Positions 55,432-64,000 of a DNA stretch of 64,000 nucleotides are shown piece by piece. The stretch is taken from the IMG/VR virus record IMGVR_UViG_3300020172_006270, positions 159,269-223,268 of that record, one strand, 5' to 3'. The position numbers and the translations under genes were made by a program. Under the pieces are notes generated by a model. The model saw only the letters and a program-made list of their open reading frames with translations, ran no database searches and had not been told where the DNA came from. The stretch's first letter is position 1. Every line of letters begins with the position of its first letter.

Positions 55432-56372
55432 TGCGTAACAATATGGATTTGATCCGTGTAACTGAAGCTGCTGCAATCGCTGCCGCAGCCTGGGTGGGCA
55501 GTGGCAAGAAACTAGAAGCTGATTTGGCCGCTACTAACGCCATGCGTGACAGACTTGATCGCATGGATGTTGCAGGAACAGTCCAGATTGGAGAAGGCAA
55601 AAAGGACCAAAGCTATGGTCTTTTCAAAGGCGATCTCGTTGGACGTGGCTGGCACCATAATGAAGATGGCGAAATCATTATGTGGGATCGAAATACAAAT
55701 GAAGTGGACATCGCTCTTGATCCCATTGATGGAACAACGCCCACGGTAACGTCAGGGCCAGAAGCCATGAGTGTTATTGCTATGGCCGACAAAGGGGCCA
55801 TGTATGACACAGATGAGCATTACATGCTTAAACTAGCTGTCAGTGGCGATGTAGCCCGCAGAACCAATCTGTACCTTAGCACGCCATTGCCTGCATTGTG
55901 CAAGCAAGTTGCCGACGTATTGAATAAGCCTGTAGATAAATTGATGGTTTGTATTCTTAACCGTCCACGTCACGAAGAATACATTGCCCAAATGAGAGAG
56001 CTAGGAGTCAGAATCAAACTGATCCAGGACTGTGACATCTCTGGTGCAATCGCTGCTGCCGATGGTGGAAATATTGATATGCAGTTTGGCGTAGGTGGCG
56101 CACCTGAAGCTGTAGTCACTGCTGCTGCGGTCAAGTGCCTGAGAGGATTCTTCTTAGCCCAAGTTTGGGACAAAGATGTGGGTCTAAAGGGAGACACCTT
56201 CTCCCATGATGACTTGGTGAGAAGTCACTGTTGTTTTGCTGCCACCGGAATTACTGATGGCAGTCTATTGAAGGGAGTTTCTGTGAACTCTCGTGGTCCT
56301 ACAACTCACAGTGTCATTATGCGATCTGAAAGTGGCACAGTCCGCTGGGTTCAAACCAGACACGGCAATTAG
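55431..56372 (+). CDS. glpX: Fructose-1,6-bisphosphatase class II
   Basis: RVTEAAAIAA, IGEG, DIALDPIDGT, YMLKL, RPRH, GVGGAPE, ATGITDG. Confidence 0.93.
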   Translation: MRNNMDLIRVTEAAAIAAAAWVGSGKKLEADLAATNAMRDRLDRMDVAGTVQIGEGKKDQSYGLFKGDLVGRGWHHNEDGEIIMWDRNTNEVDIALDPIDGTTPTVTSGPEAMSVIAMADKGAMYDTDEHYMLKLAVSGDVARRTNLYLSTPLPALCKQVADVLNKPVDKLMVCILNRPRHEEYIAQMRELGVRIKLIQDCDISGAIAAADGGNIDMQFGVGGAPEAVVTAAAVKCLRGFFLAQVWDKDVGLKGDTFSHDDLVRSHCCFAATGITDGSLLKGVSVNSRGPTTHSVIMRSESGTVRWVQTRHGN

Positions 56373-56767
56373 TTTTTGGACTTCAGATTGAAGCTGCCAA
56401 TGTAACGACTACCATCAAAGGTTCCCTTGAATACGCCAGGGGATTCTTTGCTCATTTCGCCCTTCCATTCATAATCAGCACCGTCAATTTTGGCGGTGCC
56501 TGTTAGTTTATCGGGAGGACCACTGAACTTCACTTCGTAGTCGAATTTAACGCCCATCCAGATTCCATAGAAGCGACCTTTCCATTTGTCGCCTCCCAGG
56601 TCTGTAACTTCGGCAGTCATAATGCCGTCGAGTTTTCTATTGGTCGTAATCCACTCCCCTTCATAAACGAACTGAGCCGCTTCATTAGCGGCTACAGTCG
56701 GATGGATTGTGGATGTCGTTGTTGCCAATACTGTCATTAGCAACAAAGCTGCAAATGCACTTTTCAT
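56369..56767 (-). CDS. Secreted beta-barrel-like protein
   Basis: Signal peptide; G/W/F-rich strands. Confidence 0.75.
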   Translation of the reverse strand: MKSAFAALLLMTVLATTTSTIHPTVAANEAAQFVYEGEWITTNRKLDGIMTAEVTDLGGDKWKGRFYGIWMGVKFDYEVKFSGPPDKLTGTAKIDGADYEWKGEMSKESPGVFKGTFDGSRYIGSFNLKSKN

Positions 56768-56770
56768 CTA

Positions 56771-58672
56771 TCACCTTTTTTGAAGTTGTTCTTTGAAATA
56801 TTGCGTTCTCTCTGTGAACGAAAGCATTTCAATCTTCTTTTGTTCTACTAAAGGCTGTGGCACGCCTTTACGTTCATGAAGACGCTGTTTGTAAAAGTTC
56901 TTCACATCTGTTGCATTCCACTCTATTTCCATATTGGCAAGTTCGTGAACTCCCAACTCGCTTTCGAGTTCAGCAAGGTCTGCTCGGTCTTTCATATTCT
57001 TCAAATGCAATAGCAATTGACGTTTTGTATCTTCGTCCGACAACGCTTTAATGCGAACCCTCAAATCATCTTTGATTTGTCTGACAGACTTTTCTTTTGG
57101 TTCTTCTTTCGGCGTCGGATTTGGAATGGCCTCGGCACCATCCATGCCCGCAACTCTGGTCTTTGGATCAGGCGGTGCATCTGTAGGAGTGTCGTCGCCC
57201 TTGTGCATAGGCTCGCTCAATCCAGAGCCGTCTCCAGTGAACTTTTTCACTTCAGGGACTTCATCGCCAATACTTCCAACACGGTCCCTCAAAGAAGGCT
57301 TGGCTGGCTCAGGGGTTGGCATTGTAGGGGCTGGATCAGGCATAGGCGCAGTCTTTGGCACTTCAGTCTCATCGCCGCCCATTGCTGCATCACGAGCCGC
57401 ATCAACGTCCGAAGGGGCCGTTGAACGAGGCATCTTTCTACGAGCCTCTTCAGTCGTTGCTTTTGCTTTTTCTACTCTGGACTGAAAGTCCATTGCATTT
57501 TTGATTGGATCGCCATCTTGTTCCCAACGACCCAGACGGTGCAAGAAGTCAAACCAGTGTGAACCAACTTTCTTGTTGCCGCACTTTTTGCTGTCTGGCA
57601 ACTTGCCTTCTTTTTGAGCGGCAAGAATGTTTCTTCGTGGATCGCCAATACGCATAATCCAAGGCATCTTGAAAATACCGTGGTCGTTTAAGCAGCCATC
57701 AACCTTGGTTCCAGAACCATGTGATGCTCCACCACCATAGATGTCCCATTTGGCTTTCTCATCAGGATTAAGTTCATCCCAACGCTTACCACTGGACGGT
57801 GGCGTAAACAATGCTCCCTTTTCAGAAGCAGCAGACGCAGGACTAGCACTTGGGCCAGCGGGACTTGGAGAAGCACTTGCTTTGGCCTCAAGACCATTTT
57901 TGACACTAATGAACTCATCTTCAGCAATTTTTCTAATTGATGCTTTTTTGCTTTTAAGCCTGTCGATTAAATCTTGTGCTTTTTTTGCATCCAATTTTCC
58001 AGTTTTGCCCCAATCGGCGATTATGCCGATGACTTGATCCATGCCTTTATCCATCTTGGAATCAGGCTCCTCTTCAACAGGATTTGGAGATACAGCAGGC
58101 TCAGATACAGCAGGCACTTCAGGTTCTTCTTTTGTTCCCATTGAAGCAGCGGCAGACATAGGAGAACTGTCTTCTGCACCGCCAATAATAGACATGAGCT
58201 TTTGCTTGAGTTCTTGAGCTTTGGTGTCGATCATGCCTACCAGACGTAGGTTCTCAGCACCAGCAGGAACATCTTCGTTGAGTTGTTCTTCTAGTGATTC
58301 GCAGATGTCTCGAAGAGACTTATAATCGGCCAAAGAGAGATTGTTGGGATTGAAAGATTCCTGAGTAGAACCCAGGTCGTCGCCGAGCTTGTTTTGCCAG
58401 AAATATGGGTTGGTTTGGTTGTAACGACCGTGCCACATATTGGACATAGTGTTCTTAAAGCGGTCCCATAGACCCCGACGTTGCGCAAGGGGCGTCATCG
58501 GGTTCATAAGGGTCCGTTTCAGATCAGAAACCCAAGCATCAACGATTTGATTGACTTGTTTTTGGATATTTGCAGCCTTCTCGTGTTTTAGCACGTCTTC
58601 AGGCTGGACTCCAGTTTCAACGTCAGGTGCGGCTTCTGTAAGCCTATTGCGATATTCTTTGAATCCCAGCAT
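56771..58672 (-). CDS. Large Pro/Ala-rich protein with CTS-like N-terminus, putative internal head protein
   Basis: MLGFKEYRNRLTE; internal LNE/LVE sites; TATATA box and SD AAGGAG. Confidence 0.7.
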   Translation of the reverse strand: MLGFKEYRNRLTEAAPDVETGVQPEDVLKHEKAANIQKQVNQIVDAWVSDLKRTLMNPMTPLAQRRGLWDRFKNTMSNMWHGRYNQTNPYFWQNKLGDDLGSTQESFNPNNLSLADYKSLRDICESLEEQLNEDVPAGAENLRLVGMIDTKAQELKQKLMSIIGGAEDSSPMSAAASMGTKEEPEVPAVSEPAVSPNPVEEEPDSKMDKGMDQVIGIIADWGKTGKLDAKKAQDLIDRLKSKKASIRKIAEDEFISVKNGLEAKASASPSPAGPSASPASAASEKGALFTPPSSGKRWDELNPDEKAKWDIYGGGASHGSGTKVDGCLNDHGIFKMPWIMRIGDPRRNILAAQKEGKLPDSKKCGNKKVGSHWFDFLHRLGRWEQDGDPIKNAMDFQSRVEKAKATTEEARRKMPRSTAPSDVDAARDAAMGGDETEVPKTAPMPDPAPTMPTPEPAKPSLRDRVGSIGDEVPEVKKFTGDGSGLSEPMHKGDDTPTDAPPDPKTRVAGMDGAEAIPNPTPKEEPKEKSVRQIKDDLRVRIKALSDEDTKRQLLLHLKNMKDRADLAELESELGVHELANMEIEWNATDVKNFYKQRLHERKGVPQPLVEQKKIEMLSFTERTQYFKEQLQKR

Positions 58673-58705
58673 GATTTCTCCTTGCTTTATATATCTCTGC
58701 TGAGA

Positions 58706-59164
58706 TTAGTTATGATCGCTAACGTATTCACCAATCTTTTTTAGGGACATTAGGCAAGAATCGAATCGGTGATAGTCGCTAGAAATATAATCCAGGGCTA
58801 TTTCATCAAATTTGTCCGAAATCTCATCGTCTACTTCAAAGTAGATTGCTTTGCCTTTCTTCCCGACAACCTTGTACTTGTGCATGAGAATATAAGCGGC
58901 AGCACCCAAGTCCGTTACGAAGCGGTGATTCCTCGTCTCGAAGTTGTATTCGCCGATCTTCTTCAGCGACATGATGCAGGCATCAAATCGGTGAAACTCA
59001 CTTGATAAGTAATCAAGGGTCAATTGGTCAAACTTCTCAGCAGTATGGTCTTCAGTGAGCAAGAAGTAAATATCCTTGCCTCGGCGACCAATAACCTTGA
59101 TGTCGTGCATCAACAAGTATGCTGCGGCTCCAAGGTCGCTAACACTCTTCTGATTCTTTTTCAT
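58706..59164 (-). CDS. Two-repeat protein (DUF5659-like; start revised to 59164)
   Basis: Duplicated DLGAAAY.LMH...IYF...LDY.SS..HRFD.C.MSLKKIGEY. Confidence 0.7.
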   Translation of the reverse strand: MKKNQKSVSDLGAAAYLLMHDIKVIGRRGKDIYFLLTEDHTAEKFDQLTLDYLSSEFHRFDACIMSLKKIGEYNFETRNHRFVTDLGAAAYILMHKYKVVGKKGKAIYFEVDDEISDKFDEIALDYISSDYHRFDSCLMSLKKIGEYVSDHN

Positions 59165-59228
59165 TTCTAGCCTTTCTCTTTCTGTAAATCCCGCATCCAA
59201 ATTGAATGCGGGATGGGGTTGCATCTTC

Positions 59229-60179
59229 TTAGAACACTTTCTTCAACTGGCCTGCGACCAGCTTTCCTACGGTCCTCTCTGCGATCTTAGCAGAAACCAG
59301 ACCTTTCAAACCACTGTATGCAGCCTGAACTTCACTGTATGTGATTTTAGTCTGCGCACCATTGACGCAAAGGACATCGTTTTCCCACTGCAAACATAGA
59401 TGAGGAACATTCAAACGAATTGCTTTGATAATTCCATCTGGGTCTGCAATCTTGTTGGCTCCGAAAACCTTATCAATAGCCGCCATACATTTGGTAGCGT
59501 TATTCATCAAGTCGTTCCCGGTGTCCTTTACCAAGCCTTCACTGATGTCGCTCTTGTGTTCAAAAATCTGTCGCTTCTTCTTGCGACAGGTCCACAAGTT
59601 ATTGTGGCTAAAACCAGTGCTGCGAGCTTCGTGATAAGCTGTCCCGTCGTATTCCGATTCAGTAAGTCCCGAAAGAGTTAGGTTCTCCTTCAAGCCATCA
59701 TCTAAAACCTCAAGTGGCTTTACATTCTTCTCAGAGGCCATCTTGCGAATATCACACAGGTCAATAATGCCATCCTCAGCAGCGACATTCCAATCCAAAT
59801 TGTCCTCTCTTGGAGTGAAGCCACCAACGGCAGCTTCGTGCATTAGGCCAACTGCAATGGGAATGAAATACTTTTCATCGACCCATACTGTTTCTTCTTT
59901 ATCGTTAATGGTCTTGAAGCCATAGCTTGGCTTGCCCCGAACGTATTCATGCCTTTTTTCAATCACCGGATACTTTTTACCAAGTGTGAAACTCAAGTGC
60001 TTGATGTTATTGTTTTGCAAAAAATGCAAAGGTTCTGGTGCATATTCCATCATCGAGTATTCTTTAGGTTTCTCGAAGCTGGTATTCGTCTTCTCTTCGT
60101 GTTCTCTTCGCTCGCTACCCGACATTTCTCCGAGTGGCTTGTAAAAGCGATCTGTATCCTCTGTTGTAACTTCGTTCAT
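59229..60179 (-). CDS. Hypothetical protein
   Basis: 316-aa ORF in co-oriented run. Confidence 0.75.
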   Translation of the reverse strand: MNEVTTEDTDRFYKPLGEMSGSERREHEEKTNTSFEKPKEYSMMEYAPEPLHFLQNNNIKHLSFTLGKKYPVIEKRHEYVRGKPSYGFKTINDKEETVWVDEKYFIPIAVGLMHEAAVGGFTPREDNLDWNVAAEDGIIDLCDIRKMASEKNVKPLEVLDDGLKENLTLSGLTESEYDGTAYHEARSTGFSHNNLWTCRKKKRQIFEHKSDISEGLVKDTGNDLMNNATKCMAAIDKVFGANKIADPDGIIKAIRLNVPHLCLQWENDVLCVNGAQTKITYSEVQAAYSGLKGLVSAKIAERTVGKLVAGQLKKVF

Positions 60180-60202
60180 TGGTTCTCATCCTTTTTTCTA
60201 AC

Positions 60203-61207
60203 TTACTTTGCTGCTTCCGCTGCCAGCAGACAGCCACGAGCAACACTGTATAACGGATCACTTGGCTTAATGATCTCGCCGATTTGAATAGGCAAATCAG
60301 CCTGCTGAATCGTTTCCTTAAAGATGGTAGCAAAACCATAAGGAGAAGAAGTTCCACCAGCAATTACCACGTCAACCGGAGCGTCGGCACGAACCGATTT
60401 GGTAATGTCTGCAAAACCCTTCTTGATACCCTGTACGGTATGTTCTATCATCAGCCTGTATTGAGTATGAATGGCTCGTTCCACCAACGAGGCAGGAGCC
60501 TTAGTCAAGTCAATCTTCGTCTTTTCTCTATTGATGAAAGAAATTGACTCGCCCGTGGCCTTAGCAGCCTGACGGTCGATCCAATCTCCTGAGTTGACAA
60601 TCGAAAAAGCGAAAACAGGATTGCCATACATCGCATAGCATAGGTTAACCATGCCAGCACCAAAGCTCACGCCAATACCAGTGAAAGCCTTCTTGCCAAG
60701 TTCTGCATAGACCAGAGCTAGGGCTTCATTGATTGGGTGTGCATCTACCTTTCGACCCGTCTCATCCTTGTATGCCTTGAAGATGGCTTCAAGGATTCTC
60801 TGGTGATAATCGGCGTCTGTATCTTCATTGATGGCGTTGGCTGGTACGCAGTAGTACAACACTTCGCCGTCTTTTGTAAGGCCGTCAATCAATGAGTGCA
60901 TCATGATCGACATAATCTGGAATGCGTCTTTTTCTTTTGGATTAACGCATCCGTGAATCATGGGCCGCTTCAGTTCAAGCTGGCTCATTGTGTAAGTCAT
61001 ATTGCAAGCCGCCTCGCCCAATGCGTAGGCTACCTTGTCCCGTTCAATCAACGGGACGCCTGCCGTCTTCATCATGTTAAAGACGAAACGATTGTCTAAC
61101 GGGAGTTCCAAGAAAGCATTGACTTCTCTCTTGTATACAAAATCTCCCTTGTCGTCTCTGTGGCAGCAGACGAGATTGTATGTTCCGCAGTCAAATCCAA
61201 TTGGCAT
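60203..61207 (-). CDS. Actin-fold ATPase (MreB/ParM/FtsA superfamily)
   Basis: Phosphate-1 IGFDCGT, connect-1 INEALA, phosphate-2 VSFGAG, adenosine IAGGTS, connect-2 VARG. Confidence 0.85.
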   Translation of the reverse strand: MPIGFDCGTYNLVCCHRDDKGDFVYKREVNAFLELPLDNRFVFNMMKTAGVPLIERDKVAYALGEAACNMTYTMSQLELKRPMIHGCVNPKEKDAFQIMSIMMHSLIDGLTKDGEVLYYCVPANAINEDTDADYHQRILEAIFKAYKDETGRKVDAHPINEALALVYAELGKKAFTGIGVSFGAGMVNLCYAMYGNPVFAFSIVNSGDWIDRQAAKATGESISFINREKTKIDLTKAPASLVERAIHTQYRLMIEHTVQGIKKGFADITKSVRADAPVDVVIAGGTSSPYGFATIFKETIQQADLPIQIGEIIKPSDPLYSVARGCLLAAEAAK

Positions 61208-61210
61208 AAT

Positions 61211-61441
61211 TTACTCCCGTTTTCCAAAATCAATTTTAGGTGAAGACCCAAAGTCAGGAATCATAAACTCACTATCTTTAGGTGATTCCATTTTCTTTTC
61301 AGTTCTTTGTTCCACTGCTTGTGCAGAAACCTTAACACCATCGGTGTTTAAGTTTATGGTTAGCTCCAAGGCAATTGATACCTGGATTTCACCATCTTGG
61401 GTCAATATTTTGACCGATCCTGGTTTGATTAGCTGTGGCAT
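61211..61441 (-). CDS. Small hypothetical protein upstream of actin-like gene
   Basis: Tightly coupled ORF. Confidence 0.7.
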   Translation of the reverse strand: MPQLIKPGSVKILTQDGEIQVSIALELTINLNTDGVKVSAQAVEQRTEKKMESPKDSEFMIPDFGSSPKIDFGKRE

Positions 61442-61476
61442 ATCCTATTTACCTTCCCTGCTATTTTTTTCCCAAA

Positions 61477-62463
61477 TTAAGCTAGTGATATGCGATTTTT
61501 TCCATATGGCCATCGTTCAAACATTATCCTGATCCCGGTCTGTAATTCCTCTCGACTTAGCTCGGTCAAGCAGGGTTTTTGAGCTTTATTGCACTTGGGA
61601 CAATCACCGAATTTGAAGCACGGTCCACAATCCCAATTACCATTATCACGGTGTTTCTGAACTAATACGAAGTTAAAATGCTTCCCATAAGCCTTTCCAT
61701 CTGCAAATGTAAAGATGCCTACGAGCGGCTTTTTGAGTCCTCCGGCCATGTGAAAGGTTGCAGTATCAACAGATATGACATAATCTGCCACTGCTATGTA
61801 CGCCATCCACTCTTTGATAGTAGCCCCATATATCCCTGGGACGCCCAGGCGTGTAAGGTCTGCTATCTCTTTGTTATGTAGTCCAACCAAATTGCAATCT
61901 TTTGTGGCCTCAACGACAGCCTCAATTTGAGATGGCATCAAAGTCTTCACGGCCATTTTTGAGACTGGTGCAAATAACACGGTCGGCTTGCTCGCATCTG
62001 GAGCAATGACTCTTAACTTCTTGCGACAGTATTCCAGAAACGCTGGGTTGAATCGAAACTGCATTTCATGTTTGTTTAACGTGACGCCACAGTATTTAGC
62101 CCATATATCCGCTCTGTGTTCCAGGCACATTGGAGCGTTTAGGTTTTCATATCTATCTGCAATTGAGACGCAGGTATTGTAATGATTGATGTAGTCGTTG
62201 ATGTTGACTGTCCTGGAATCAACTACTTCACTAAGACAGGGATGATCTTTGGCGGCGTCCATGTATTCTGGCAAGCAAGCAAAAATCAAATCGACTTCTG
62301 GACATATGGCTTTGAAGTCGGCGAATAGCATTCGTTGCATTAAAACATCGCCCAATCCTCCTTTGTCGTGCCATATGAGGATGCGATTTCGTTTGATGTG
62401 GAAGTCCCTAAGACTCAGTGGTTTAGGCTTAGAAACGGCGGCTGGTTTACGAAGATGTCCCAT
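61477..62463 (-). CDS. GT9-family glycosyltransferase (heptosyltransferase-like)
   Basis: GGLGDVL, VISVDTATFHMAGGLKKPLVGIF, Cys-rich C-terminus. Confidence 0.82.
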   Translation of the reverse strand: MGHLRKPAAVSKPKPLSLRDFHIKRNRILIWHDKGGLGDVLMQRMLFADFKAICPEVDLIFACLPEYMDAAKDHPCLSEVVDSRTVNINDYINHYNTCVSIADRYENLNAPMCLEHRADIWAKYCGVTLNKHEMQFRFNPAFLEYCRKKLRVIAPDASKPTVLFAPVSKMAVKTLMPSQIEAVVEATKDCNLVGLHNKEIADLTRLGVPGIYGATIKEWMAYIAVADYVISVDTATFHMAGGLKKPLVGIFTFADGKAYGKHFNFVLVQKHRDNGNWDCGPCFKFGDCPKCNKAQKPCLTELSREELQTGIRIMFERWPYGKNRISLA

Positions 62464-62484
62464 GCCATGATAGAGTGTGTCAAT

Positions 62485-62520
62485 AAAAAAACCCCGGTAG
62501 GAGATTCCTACCGGGGCCTG
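62485..62520 (-). terminator. Intrinsic terminator
   Basis: ccccggtagg/cctaccgggg + T-run on - strand. Confidence 0.8.
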
Positions 62521-62536
62521 AAATTCAAAGAATCAA

Positions 62537-63151
62537 TTAGCTATTGCAGACGCTCTTGACCGAGACAAGAACTTGAACTGCTGTGGTGCTACCACCAGAA
62601 ACAGTGTTTGCAAACTCCAACTTCGTGACCGAGAGATCGCCGTGGTTGAAGACCTGGGTTTCGCCAGCGCCAAGATCGAAGATTGCATTTGCTGTGCCGT
62701 TCAGACGAACCTTGACAGCAGTGCCGCCCTGGTTAGCAATCTGTACGAACACTGCGAAGCCGCCTGTGTCGCCAAGGATGTCCACGACGTTAGCCGTGTA
62801 GGTCGATCCATTGGTAACAGACAGGTCGTAAACCTTCGGAAATACGTTTTCGTCGGAAACGTCGCTGTATACAGAGCCGTCATCGGTAACGACTTCAATG
62901 AAGGCGTCGGCCAATGCGCACTGAGGATAAGCAAAACGCTTCCAGTAGTTGCAGTCGGTGAACTGTTCGCCGTCCTTCAACTTACGATATGTGTGATTTG
63001 GGCCAGCAACGTAGATTGTACGTTGAATCGAAGGACTCATTTCAGCACCCAATTGGCTATGATTCAAAGCCGAAATGGATGTTGCTGTTGCTGGGTTCAG
63101 GTCCATATATCCCTGAGCAATGCTGTTCAAAGCTACCTTAAATACGCTCAT
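62537..63151 (-). CDS. Putative structural protein (start revised to 63151)
   Basis: SD AGGAG; beta-rich C-terminal half; N-half resembles 1104..1403. Confidence 0.65.
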   Translation of the reverse strand: MSVFKVALNSIAQGYMDLNPATATSISALNHSQLGAEMSPSIQRTIYVAGPNHTYRKLKDGEQFTDCNYWKRFAYPQCALADAFIEVVTDDGSVYSDVSDENVFPKVYDLSVTNGSTYTANVVDILGDTGGFAVFVQIANQGGTAVKVRLNGTANAIFDLGAGETQVFNHGDLSVTKLEFANTVSGGSTTAVQVLVSVKSVCNS

Positions 63152-63204
63152 GTTTTCTCCTAAGAGTGTATCAGAGTTGTGTGATTCCCCTAACTTCACA
63201 TTAG

Positions 63205-63822
63205 CTATGCAGGTAACATGAGGATTTGTCCGCTTGGGAAGAGTTTCTTGAATAGATTCTCACCAAATCCCGTTGGAATCAACGTCACGGCCCTGCCAGC
63301 GGCGGCAGCTTGATAGAATTCCTCATTTTCAACACCCACAACCCAGCCTGCATCTTCAGTGCTTCCGTTGATCTCCGGCTGGTATCCTTTACTTTGAATG
63401 TGAGATATTGCCAGTTTGATTTGATTGCCTGTAAGTGTTTTTACAGGAGCGATGGCATTTGTAAGGAGAACGCACTTTTTGTTTCTCAACGGTTGGTCGG
63501 CCCGAATTGGACCAAAAGGGATTTCAGATTCATTCATGAATTCCTCTATTGGATTTGATTGCATGTCACAAAGCAATTCACGAACGTAGCCAAATAAATG
63601 CTTGTTCTCTTTTAATTCTTCTCTTGTGATTATTCTCTCTTCACCTTTGAGTAAATAAGCTGAGTCTTCTCGACACGCCAAGTAAACCTTGACTCCAGGG
63701 AAAGCGGACTCCATATAGGGTCTGAGCAACTTTAGTTGAACGATGTGTTCTTTGTTATTGCCGAAGTAAGCAATACAATAGTTGTCTTTGACTTTGGCGT
63801 ACTGAGGTAAAGGTATTGGCAT
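63205..63822 (-). CDS. Hypothetical protein, possibly degenerate GT-B fold
   Basis: WVVGVE..FY.AAAAG..V resembles GT9 C-terminal motif. Confidence 0.5.
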   Translation of the reverse strand: MPIPLPQYAKVKDNYCIAYFGNNKEHIVQLKLLRPYMESAFPGVKVYLACREDSAYLLKGEERIITREELKENKHLFGYVRELLCDMQSNPIEEFMNESEIPFGPIRADQPLRNKKCVLLTNAIAPVKTLTGNQIKLAISHIQSKGYQPEINGSTEDAGWVVGVENEEFYQAAAAGRAVTLIPTGFGENLFKKLFPSGQILMLPA

Positions 63823-64000
63823 GAATAAAAACCATAATGAAGCTATTGCTGGAACAAGTGCGTTTCAGGCTTTTGCAAAAGAGTTTGGCCCGGACGACGT
63901 TTACAATAGAATTATAGTAGAAGAAATCCTGAAGGCATTATTGGGCATCAAAGATAAAGAAGATGCCGAGGAGAAGAAAGATGGCAATAAAATCAACTGA

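Noticed and set aside
1-64000. CRISPR array, tRNA or rRNA genes
   Set aside because: No regularly spaced repeats or cloverleaf-like segments seen; gaps are short. A tRNAscan/Infernal run would be needed to exclude them formally.
1-64000. Stop-codon reassignment as in some jumbo phages
   Set aside because: Core genes are full length in the standard code and TAA, TAG and TGA all end genes.

Overview
A 64-kb, gene-dense, strand-switching segment of a large T4-like (jumbo) dsDNA phage, read with the standard genetic code. Core markers: head module on the - strand (gp20-like portal with a 228-aa intein, a large head-core-like protein, gp21 prohead protease, gp22-like scaffold, gp23 major capsid protein), gp17-like large terminase, TOPRIM primase, Cas4/RecB-like nuclease, Dam-type methylase and an orphan gp19-like tail tube. 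Accessory genes include glutamate dehydrogenase, lysine 6-aminotransferase, GlpX FBPase, nucleoside hydrolase, ferritin, CYTH, a PlcP/Agt-like phospholipase + glycosyltransferase pair, several glyco/methyl/sulfotransferases, six non-virion proteases, an actin-fold ATPase, an Acb1-like 2H phosphodiesterase and a poly-Asp protein. Cross-cutting patterns seen in the sequence: (i) about 15 unrelated ORFs share an N-terminal tag resembling the T4 capsid-targeting sequence; (ii) a TANATA promoter-like box sits 4-5 nt before the ATG of 8 genes, implying leaderless late mRNAs; (iii) a stand-alone, codon-diverged copy of the capsid protein C-terminus; (iv) two unrelated secreted proteases share a 21-aa C-terminal tag. 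A Planctomycetota-type host is a tentative inference. No tRNA, rRNA or CRISPR array was recognised. All family calls are from motif recognition by eye, not database searches.
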